Source of the DNA: Balanoglossus misakiensis
Taxonomy: Eukaryota > Animalia > Hemichordata
Assembly (NCBI GenBank): GCA_040954595.2
Contig: CM082577.2
Location: 13,089,903 to 13,153,902 of the forward strand
Direction of reading: 5' to 3'
DNA length: 64,000 bases
Shown here: piece after piece, positions 43,501-55,500 of the stretch
Numbering within the stretch: position 1 is the stretch's first letter
How the letters are laid out: each line of letters begins with the position of its first letter
Made by a program: the position numbers and the translations under genes
Notes under the pieces: generated by a model
The model's input: only the letters and a program-made list of their open reading frames with translations
What the model was told of the DNA's origin: nothing
The model's database searches: none

Positions 43501-46500
43501 CCATACCCACCCTTTTAGTCTTCAACACCTATCATTCATTGGCTGGTTTATCTAGAGTACCAGGGCAGATTACCCCAATGCCAACTTTTTGCAGCAAAGG
43601 TAAAACTTCTCCTCCCCAACATTGTTAAAATAAAACTTTTAGCTTTGTATTTTATACAATTTTCTAACGTGCAAGGGGGACACCCCCACTCAAACCCACC
43701 CCGTTTACTTGGTTTACCAATTCCAACATCTATTATAATGACTTGTCATGTTAATTTATTCATATTATTACTTTAATTATTTAAATTTATTCATATATGC
43801 CAAGTACCATTTTATGCCATTCACCAACAAATTTTTGGTAACATTTACCCTGCCCCCAACCATGAATTGCTTTCTACGCTCCTGTGGTAATCATTTATTG
43901 AATTAGAAAACTTACTTTGTCAAAGACATTGACTTTTGCCTTGAGCTTGAGGCATAGTTCTGTGTACTTGGGGTCCTGATTATGAGCCATTAAATGCAGA
44001 ACAGTCACACCATCGGCTGAGCCCTAAAAAATATAATTTGTTTTAATATGGTATTACAAAACAAAATTAACTCACACACAAACCAATTTTCTCATTGCTG
44101 AATAGAAAACACCAGTATTTATACTTTGGTTGATGTATGACAATATAGTACATCCATGTTATAACTGTGGTTGATGATGTACAACAGAGTTGATATTGAT
44201 AGCAGTGATACAGGCCTGTTTATGAAATATACAGATCATTAGTGTCATTATCATGGCCACATACCTTATCCAATCCTTGAACAACTTCATTTATATCCTG
44301 TCCTGCTTTGATGAGAGTCTCTGCCACAGTATATTTATAGTTTTCAACAGCCCAGTGTAACATGGTTGTCTGTTGGTATTATATCAAAAACTTTATATTA
44401 TTTTAACTTTGTGCGAGATAAACGTGATCCATATAAAGTCAAGATACCAACACTCGCCCATATCCATTTTGAGAGAGCATAAAAGTACAAATACATATTA
44501 ATGAAAGAATCAAAGTAAAATTTTACCATGTTTTCGCAATGTAGCTGTTTTGTTTTACTCTTAATTAAGATCTTGGCTACTTCAACATGGCTCTGTGCTG
44601 CTGCATAATAGAGGGCTGTAAACCCACCCTGAAACAAAAACATAGAGAACTAAAATTACAAAACCATCTCAACAATTAACCCAAACATCATTTTACTAGT
44701 ATACCTCACACTTTTTTAGAAACATATGGTTTACTTGTAAATGGTACGGTTTTCTTGTTTGTTTACTATTAGTTAATCAAACGACTCGAAAACATTTTTC
44801 TGAAAATCTGTCCTAAAACATGTTCATTCTATACTTATGACCTGGCTTATCTACTTAATTTTAAATTAAAAGATACAAATCAGATGTTTACCTTTGAATG
44901 TTCATTGACATTTGCATGTCTACCAAGAAGTATAGTGACAGCCTTTTCATCACCATCCTTTGCATAATGTTGTAGTGCTGAAAGACCATCCTGAATGCAG
45001 AAAAAGCCATTTGCATGACAAAGAAATCATGAGAATATATTAAAGTTTTAAGTTGTTTTTAAAATTATGCTTATGCTTTCAATATTGAATCCTGGCAAAC
45101 TTCTTAAATCGTAGCATGAATGAAGACATTTTAAAATGAAATCAAGACCGCTTCCTGAGTACTTTTTTGAAGGATTTTAGCAAAGTAACCCATTTCAAAT
45201 GTGACTTGAAAGGGTCTATTATCAATTACACCTTAAGAGCTGAAAATTTTCCAGGGCTCTTTACCTGTGCATGTTCATCTATGTTCACACCAGCTTCCAA
45301 AAGATCTTCTACCATTTCTTCTGCATATGTTTTGATCGCCCAGAACAATTGTTCAATATTTGATGTTCCACGCTACAACAGGATATAATTTCCACCATAA
45401 ATAATTTATTTTATAAGCACCAATGTATGTTATTGACTGACCCAGATTATATTGTATTGCATTAGTAAACATAACAATCACAAAATCTTCTTAAATCTTG
45501 TGATACATGTTTCTCTTTGAAGTGCTATAGCCATTAATGCTGAAATTACAATTTTACAGTGATTTACCTCTAAAAGTTTAATCAATGACAGAACAAGCAA
45601 CTGTGTCAAAGTTAACTTACACTCTGTGTAGTTATTTCATAGTTTACAATTTCACTCAACCCAACAAATATTCAAACATTATGCTAACATAAAGAAATTA
45701 CTCAATTGAAGTTTCATTAGCAGTAACTTTTCAGTATGAAGTATTCTTGTTTTGTGTGATTACTCTAATTTCTTGTTCAACTGCCTGAACGACATGCTTG
45801 GCATTTAGCTTATTAACACAACTCGTACTATGTATATAATCCGCAATGTGATTGTGCAATATTTGCACTCAAGTCCGGACTAGAATTTATTAATTACAAT
45901 AGCTATGTTGTCAAGCACAGCACTGTACGTGTAAATTAACATGTTGTTTTGAGTTAAACAAGAAATTGCATTTGGTACACAAAACAAAAGTACTGAAAAT
46001 AAAGCCAAATGTTAAAGTTACTGTCCCTTAAATAATATTACTTACTGATAAAATATATAATAAATATGATATGAATGAATTGTAATTTCTATTAAAATTT
46101 AGCTTACTGCATCCTTGTGCAGACGGGCATTTGCATCAAGCAAATGTTTGGCAGACTCAATGTCCCGAAGTTTGAGAGCAGAATAGAGTGCAGTCTCGCC
46201 ATCCTAGAAGTAAAGAAATATTGGATTGAAAATTTCAACTGCCGCCAGATTAAAATGACATTGCTGTTTAATTTATCTGCTTTCCAAAATGTAACCATAT
46301 TTCATTACCAAAGGCATTACAAATTGCAGTAGGTAATAAAGAAATATGATCAACTCTTACCTCATTGTTTAAGTTTAGGTTGACATCTTTGTTTATTAAC
46401 ACTTTGACAACCTGGTGATGTCCATTCTTTACAGCATAGTGCAGAGCTGTGTCACCAACCTTGCAATTAATGAGTATGTTAGAAAATCATCATACATCAA

Positions 46501-49500
46501 CTAATGCAATATGTTTTCTAATAGTCAACATATACTATACTCGATACATACTAGAATTTAAATTGAGAAAGATGAGATGAAATATACCTTGTCTGTTTTG
46601 TCTTTATCTGCCCCAGCTTCTATCAGGATATTCACTGCTTGAGGAAAATTATTGGCTGCAGCTTCATGCACTACAGTCATACCGGTCTGCCAAATTAATA
46701 TAATTATTATTTGTCAATGTAAAATATTTATGACGTTGGATATATGTATGAGCTATTTATGCTAATAAAATGAAAGTTTCTGTTAGATGTATAATAATAA
46801 GCTTATAATGAAAATACTGCAAAGTATGCACAAGGACATTAGCACCAGGTATCGCACAACGCGTAGCGGAGGGCGATGCGCCATGCTTTTGTCTGCGTTT
46901 TTGTAATTACCTTATTACTATACATCTTACATCTCGGGTAGTTCTTGTTTGCCAAATTACTTAGCTTTCAAAATGCCCAAAATGCCAATGCAATCGATCG
47001 TAAACTGGTCAGCTGAAACAGTGAGCGGCCATCCTTCTTTTTTGTTTACATACTTTGGAATTGGGGTGTCATGAAACCGTCTGTACATGGTGAGTTGGGG
47101 CACCTTGAAACTTTAACACGCTTTCCCTACATACCATTCCGTACCATTTTTTTTTAGTGCCGCTACATTCTATTATTCTTGGTGCCAGATGTATAATAAT
47201 TTTATTTATACACTTCCAGATTAAATACACACGCAAAATATTTCCACAGTTGTTAAATTAAAACTTACATCATCTGTAGTACCATCTATGCCATCTCCCA
47301 TATCTTTCAAGACATTGACAAAGTCCATGCTCTCATACTTTGCAGCTGCTACATACAGAGGTCTTGATTCAAAAGGAAATCTTGCATCCTATTAAGTAAG
47401 AAATCCAAAAGATGGTTTGTAAGATGATGATGCTGATAATATTACTATGGTCAAATCAATATTGTCTTTCCACTAGCTGCTGTAACAATTTACCATATCT
47501 TCCAGGTAAGTATCTATGGTCATGATCAAATGAAGGCAGACTAAATTCCTGTGAAATTGGTTATTGTACAAAATTATGTATTTAAAATACATAATTTTGT
47601 TGATATTATCAGCTGAAACTTGGATCATATTGTCTGTTTTGTTTACAAGCTTATTTGAAAAGACAATAAAAAAATTGGTTTCAATTTTCAACATGAAAAT
47701 GTAACCCTGAGATGAATCTAAAATTTCTGTATATCAGTATAATCTGAGTCAACCTTGTACAGTATAACGGGTAGTTTGACTAACTTCATCTCATCAATTC
47801 TGCTAAGCTGTTTGCTGCACCCACATAAACATATCACAAAACGTGTCCCACTTCAAACTGCTTAAAGTAAAATTAAGGGGCCGTTAAGTTTTACGACAGA
47901 GGGTGGGGGTGGGGGTGGGTGGCAAGTTTGTGTCATCAGTTTTCAAACTCAGGCAGACCCCCCTTTACCCAGGACCCAAAATTTTATGACCCCCCCCCCC
48001 TTGAAAATATTCACCATCCTGATCTTATGTACAATGTATGCAATAAAGGGAAAGAGGCTCCCCACACCTAAATTATAAATTTCTTAAAGAAATTCATAAT
48101 TGAAGTGTATAGTTGTTGCAATAAAGAAATATATAAATACATTAAAATGACAAGTCAATACTATTGTTTGTAGAATTGGTAAAACGAGAAAAGTGAAGGG
48201 GGTGGGTGTGGGAGGTGTGTCCCCTCTGCATGTCTGAAGTCTGAGTAATGAGGAATATCGTTCTGACATCATATGTGTGTTATATCGATCATACACCCTC
48301 AATACTCAAATGTGTTATATGAGGAAAGTGCTGAAACATTAAACATTATTTTAATTATGTGCCAAAATGTTATCCAATAGCACATGTATGATACATGGAC
48401 AGAAATTGCAATATAAAAGAGGGGAGTTATACACAGCCAATTATTTAATGATTGCAGAAAAAATATAACAAATGTTTGGGCATGTGAGATATATAGTCTG
48501 ATAGAATGAGGACCTGGGATAAGATTACTTACATTAGTCAGAGATATTTTGCATATTGTGTGAAACAAAATACTACAATACCATAAAAGAATCCGAACCC
48601 ATGCCTTGTGGCTGTGGAATTCTATTAGTCATACGCTATCAGGCGACCAGCTGAGCAACAGAAACACGCATTACTCTGAACAGATTTGTATTTATAAGGT
48701 TACAGCTACATATACCGGTATGTCTCTATTTGATTGAAATGTGTCATGGAACGGATACAAGATAAACATTTACATCTTTGTTCAATTATTTAATAGCCTT
48801 TTGGAAGTGTAATTTTATGTCAGTAGTTTTGCCCGTGGACCATGATCAAATTCCATAAAAAAATGTTATCATAGTTGGTTTATAAACCTACCGTATTTTC
48901 AGCGATGAAGTTGGCTTTTGCAGCAAGGAGAATTTTCACTGTCTTTGTATTCTTGTTCTTTACTGCATAGTACAAGGGAGTGTGGCCATTCTATTGAGAA
49001 AAGTTTAAAGTTTAAAGTTTATAAATAGCAAGGGAGGGTATTTGGTTGCAGATGGAAAGCCTCTTACCTAAAATATGGACTATGGGTGGGAAATGATTTC
49101 TGAGCGAAGGAAATTTTCATCTGGAAGTCTTTATCCATGCCAAATACATGAGTGCTCCGTTTCTAGCCTCAATGCAACATTGTATTTGACAAAATTGACA
49201 AAGCCTTTCTTTCAAATGGTATTTAGGAGTGGAGCTATGGTTCTTGAATTTACAATCAAAAGTTATCTTGCATCACTGAGACTTGTTGTAACATATGTGT
49301 CCTCAAAACAGATATCTTTTTTGTGCCAATTATCTATAAGGTGAAAAAAATTTGGAAATTGGACCTATTATTATTAAAATTATTATTTTTATGATTCTTC
49401 ATTTAATTACTGTAAAACACTTTATTTTCGCGAGCAATTAATACGCGAGAGCCAAAATAGCGTGAAAACAAAAAGTCGCGTAAATTATTTTTGAAGATAA

Positions 49501-52500
49501 CGATGCAGTGAATGAAATAAGAGAATGTGAAAATTAATACTCGCGAAACAGTGGCCTCTCTCAATATCGCGAAAAATTTAACTCGCGAAAATAAAGTGTT
49601 TTACAGTATATTCTGTATCCATGTAAGTGTAAAAATCTACATATCTGAATTATAGCTAAATGAAGCCATGTTGCCTTGACAGTTTAGGACATACATTAAT
49701 TAATTGAGCAGAACGTTGCTCTTGATTTTAGATAGATAAATCAACCTACTTTATCTAAGACATTGACTTTTGCTTCAAGTTTGAGGCATAGCTCCACATA
49801 ATCTGGATCCTCCTTTTGGGCCATAAGATGGAGAACTGTTAAATCACTGGCTGATTCCTAGAGAAATACAAAATTTGATTGGTCATTAAATACATCCTCA
49901 CTAAATGCAAGCATAACTAAAGCAGAAGGAAAAGTAACGATAATGAAAAAACCTGCAATTTGAAATAAGACATTATAATTATAATTTATTACATTTTTCA
50001 TATCAACATTATCTTAAACTTAACACGTACCTCATTCAGTCCCTGAGCAAGTTCATTTATATCCAGTCCTGCCTCGATGAGAGTCTCTGCCACAATACGT
50101 TCAAAGTTTTCAACAGCCCAGTGTAACATGGATATCTGTTGTTGCTGTGTTATTTTAGAAATACAGACGTTAATACATAGACAGAACTTAATCAGGTTTA
50201 CTACACAATTCGCCTTGTTGTCAAAAACACAATATTGTTGCATTTCAAAAACTAGTACTACTGAAATACATGTTACCACAAACGTTGGTTTGTTGTCAAC
50301 GTTGACTTGCAACCAATACTTATAGACAACGGAATTCTTCCCCAATATATACACATGCAACATCTAGCAATGCAAGTCTTAACCACTACAATTCAGACAT
50401 CCAATGAAGTCAATCTACATTGGAATGGTGCATACCAGAACACTATAGTTGGACTGATCTTGTTTTATTTAACAAACTCTACATCTATTGCCTAGCTTAG
50501 TCGTTATCCTCATGAATAGCACTGGAAAAATGAGAGTAATTAAGACCTTACCACGTTTTCTTGATGTAGCTGCTCTGTGTTTTTCTTTACTAAGATCCTG
50601 GCTACATGAATATGGCTCTGTTCTGCTGCATAATACAGGGCAGTAACCCCACTCTGAAAATATCAAAATACCAGTAGCACTACTGATTATAGATCAGATA
50701 ACCTTCTGAACCATGCACTTACTCATGCTGTCAGCTATTCTCCACACAGAGACTAGTGTGGATACTGTTAACCAGTAGCTCATGCGTCTGACGGATACTC
50801 TATCTGAGTCTACGCCGCACACAAATTTAAATATTCCTCACCAGATCTTCTGTCAGTTGCACAGATGCTCAGCTGATAAATGGCGGTGATAATTGATATT
50901 AGGAGAGGCCTTATTTGAGGATCAAGACAAAAACTGATGCACTTTTTGTTTATCTAAAATTTTGGTATGAGATATTAAACGTAAAAAGACAGAGTATTTT
51001 TTTACAGAAAATGGGCACACCCTAAAAGTGGGAGTAAAACGTCACTTGTGGCAGAGTCTCTGCATTGTGAATGGCTGTCAGCTTATCTGATCTGACAGTT
51101 TGCTTGATGTGTGGGCATGTCCAAAATCCAAATACAGGCCAGGGTTCGTATTTAGTTATTGAGCTACCCATATTGAGCTACAACTTTGCCTCCCAGCTGT
51201 GAGTTCTCCGCATGTTATCCAAGGTTGGGATAATTGAATCAATATTACAATTTTGTTGAAGTAACATGTGCACATAGAAGATAATACATAGTAAATAGAC
51301 AAAAATGTAGACGTTGTACTCAGTACAAGTTCAGGTAAAAATGACCAGGTTCAAGTAAAATGTTTCAGAAGTAAAATCAAAGTATTAATTTTCTAATTAT
51401 TTATTTAAGCAATAACCCCTTCACAGGCAGTTATATGCAAGATTTGGGTAACATTTGTGATACAGCATGATCCGGATGGATCACTTTTTCAAGGAAAAAA
51501 TCCCTAAACATGGGTTTAATTTTCATCTGAAAATTTCCTAAAGATGGAAATAGAGCATCAGATATGTCCCATTAATTCTTAAAGAAAACTCTGAATATGC
51601 AACAGAAAAAATGGTGATATGACCAGAAAAAGCGACCAGGAGTCCCCAACAATGGGCCGGGTTTTTAGCATTTATGTTGATGTTTTCAACTTGGATGGCA
51701 GAGCCTGGACCAAAAAAAATTTGAAGGACCCACTCCACCCAGTACAATATACTCAACAGCGACAGTAACAACATGGTATTTATGTTTTGTACTATGGTAG
51801 TGCACTGCTCATAGTATCGCATTAAGAAGTAAAGAATTTGGTCTTTTTTACCTTTGAAAATTCATTGACATTTGCTTGATTGGTCAGAAGGATATTGACA
51901 GCCCTAACATCACCATTCCTCGAAAAATGGTGAAGTGTTGTGAGTCCGTCCTAAAAGAAACATCATAATAACCATAATATAAGGTGATAATAAATGTTTG
52001 TATAGTTAATTATAAAATTAACACATTTTTCTTTGTTATGGAACCCGTTGAAGTATTATAATTTCCCACCAAAATCTATGACAGTCTTGCAGAAAATGAA
52101 ATACTGAAATATTTCTATCACTTATTTGTGAGAGTATAAAATTCGTAACATAATGTCCTGTGTATTATTATGCATTTCCTACCTGTAAAAGTGTATCTAT
52201 TTTAACACCAGCTTTCACAAGGTCTTCTACCATGTCTTTCTGATATGTTTTGGTAGCCCAGAACAATTGTCCAATTTTTGATGTGTCAGACTAGAACATC
52301 AGGTTTATCATAAAGTATGTTCAATACACACACAAAAAACCAGGGAAATTCAAACTAGATACAGAATCAAATTTGATGAAAGTCCCACGAGATATCGTAA
52401 ATATACTGTCAATAAAGCCAATGAGAGGAATGGATTACTGCTATTTCAAATTAAAACCTTACCATATCTTTGCACAGACAGGCATGTGCATTTAGCAGTG

Positions 52501-55500
52501 GTGTGACAGACTCAATGTCCCTAAGCTTGAGTGCACAATAGAGTGGTGTCTCACCATTCTGGACAAAACAAAAAAGAAGGACTCTTGATATTTTAAGTTG
52601 ACCCGTCATGTATTTATGACAGCAAAACTGACTTTAATCATAAACTTATTTTATTCAAATTATGTAATGATCTACGGTATTATTACAATGGTATAGATCA
52701 CAGTATACATGTAAATAGCAAAGCCTTTGGACACCAAACTATGAAGAAACGGACTCACCTTATTTTCTAAGTTGAGGTTAACGTCCTTTGTTATTAACAC
52801 GTTGACAACACAGTGATGACGAGCCTTTACTGCATGGTGTAAAGCTGTGTCACCAGTCTTGCAAGAAATGAGAAAATGATCATAAATCACAATATACCAA
52901 TTTTAACTTATAGTTGAATTATAAATAATACTAATATTCAAACTGTTCACAGGTCAGAAGAACCGAAAAAGGCAATAGAATAATTTTTTTAATATTGCAA
53001 GCTTTATTTAAAAATACTTTCAAATTTTTCTACGAAGACTGATATATTTATTCTTTGAGTAAATGTTATGATGTTGAATATGAAAAGAAATCTAAATGGT
53101 TGCATTCATAATTAAAAGCAAATTCATTATGTAAATTAGATGACTACTCAAAAGTCAGAATATTGCCATTATCCTGATGAACTGTTTATCAAAAATGTTA
53201 AAATCAACTAAAGTATAGGGAGAAAACAGGGTGTTCCCATGTTTCAGTTAGGGGGTCTTAAATATTGTGCAAAATGCTGAGTCAGCACTTTTCTCCTACT
53301 GCTAATGCTATAGTTTTCCCATGATGAAAATATCTGAAAAGCTCTATCAAAAAATCAAGCACCGTGACATCGTGTTACTCCTGTTGTGGCAAATTTTGTA
53401 AAAATTTCAAGAAAAGGAATGTTCTCTCAACACTCTACATGTAATGTGATGGCTACAGAACGTGGTATTAGCAAGCCCATCTCGGTAGTCTTCTACCATA
53501 AACAAAATTGTCTGTTTGATTTATACTTATTGTAACTTTAATTGAAATTAGAATTGGAATATGAGCATACTTTATCTGTTCTGTTTTTATCAGCACTAGC
53601 TTCTATCAAAAGGTCAACTGCTTTAGGAAAGTCATTAGCGGCAGCTTCATGGAGTACCGTCATTTCATCCTATAAACATGAAAACAGTCAGGCTGTTTAT
53701 GACATAAAAATGAAAACACCAGTTTCAAAATAGTTACATTTATTGTTATTTATATAGTATCTAATAATAAAATGTATGAAACAGTGTATCTTTTACAAAT
53801 ATTACTCCATAACTTACCTCATTTGCATCATTTATATCAATAACACCCATATCTGTTAAGTCACGAACAAAGTCCATGTTTGGATACTTTGCAGCTGCAA
53901 CATACATGGGTCTACATTCCACAGAAAACTGTGTATCCTATAATGAGTAAAAGTAGAAAATGTACTATTTGATGGCATGTTCCGAAATACTTTTTTATGA
54001 TAAATTTGGCAGACAGAAAAATGATTACATGATTGGCATTTTTCTTATATTGTTTAAAACTATTTTGCATCACCAATACTTACCCCCTCACCGATAAAGT
54101 TCGCTTTTGCATTGAGAAGAACTTTCACTGTCCTTTGATTCTTCCTTTGGACAGCATAGTACAAAGGAGTGTTACACTCCTGTTGACAAAACAAAAATAT
54201 TGTAAACATGCTTCTATTACAAATTAAACTGTTTGGATGACCACTATCAACATAAAAGGTTTTCTTACCATTTCAAAACAAATTGTTACTGCAGTGCTTG
54301 GTGACAGCCTATGTTTGTGACACATTTCTGGTCACCATTTGTGTTGGCACGATAACTTGAAGAACACGCCAGAAAAAAACAATTATCTTTATTCTCAAAA
54401 TTTAGTACTTTTGTTGGAAACTAGTAGTCCATGGGCCAGAGACCGAAACCCTCCCCCCCCCCCCCCCCCCCCCCTGGGCAGTTTTGCAGACATATATTTT
54501 TGGAAAGCCTATTTATTCAGCTGTCAGAATCAGGTTGTTTGCACTCATATTAATGGTGGGTGTGGCCGTGAGGAGCGGTTGTCATGGTAACGATAGCATA
54601 ATTTTAGGGGTACTCATACAGTTAAAAAATGATATATTTCAGGATCTGAGAAAGCTAGAGAAAAAATTTAAACATTGGGTCTTATAAAGTAGGGTACGGG
54701 CTATCCAATGATTACATGACCGACAAGGTCAGAGGTCAAGTTCATCTTCAAAACGCGGGGTCAAAGTAAAAATTGCGCTATTTTTTGCATATCGATCATA
54801 CATAGTTTTGATTTTCTGGAAAACGGGTTTGCTCGAGGATGTTGTAAATTGGTCATCAGGTAGCATGGAACATTAGGTTTAAGAAAAATAGGCCGATTTT
54901 CGTCTTTGGTTGTAATTTATATTAAAATTCTGTTACCATAACGACGGATAGCAGATTTTGCGAAAATCACAAAAATAAGAATCCTGCTATATCTTTGCTA
55001 CCAATTAAGCTTTAGGTAAAATTTAAACACTCAAACTTATAATGTCGGGTGCGATCTTTTCATTGCTAACTTGAACTTTGGGGTTCAAGGTCAAGGTCAT
55101 CCTCAAATTTCAGGTCAAAGTGACAAAATGGACATTATGGATTTTTGTTCAAAATGACATTTTACGGCGAGCGTTTACTAAACACTGTTTGGGTCTAGAA
55201 TGCTATAATTTGATCTCCAGATAGACATATGTATTGTTTACAAAGATTTTAATTTGTTTTGCTGTTTACATATACTTAATATGCAAAACCTGCTGTTTTA
55301 ATGACAACAAAATGAATGGTAGGAATAGCAAGAGTACTCATACAGTTAAAATGAGATATTTCAAGTTCTGAGAAAGCTAGAGAAAAAATTTAAACATTGG
55401 GTCTTATAAAGTAGGGTACGGGCTATCCAATGATTACATGACCGACAAGGTCAGAGGTCAAGTTCATCTTCAAAACTTGGGGTCAAAGTGAAAATTTCGC

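Larger units (their letters stand above)
27030..47470. repeat. Young intragenic tandem duplication: about 4.5 copies of a ~4.5-kb unit, each carrying 10 ANK exons
   Basis: Exons and introns near-identical; class G exons at 29778, 34288, 38767, 43277 (offsets 4510, 4479, 4510). Confidence 0.95.

Noticed and set aside
28087-47388. Dscam-style mutually exclusive exon clusters
   Set aside because: Same-class exons are interleaved every tenth position rather than adjacent, and I saw no docking/selector motifs.
27030-47470. Tandem cluster of separate small ankyrin genes
   Set aside because: No start exon, stop codon or UTR-like gap between units; the exon order continues in frame across unit boundaries.
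54453-54475. Poly-C run / polyproline ORF
   Set aside because: Homopolymer expansion in the left TIR of the transposon; the right TIR has only a short G run.
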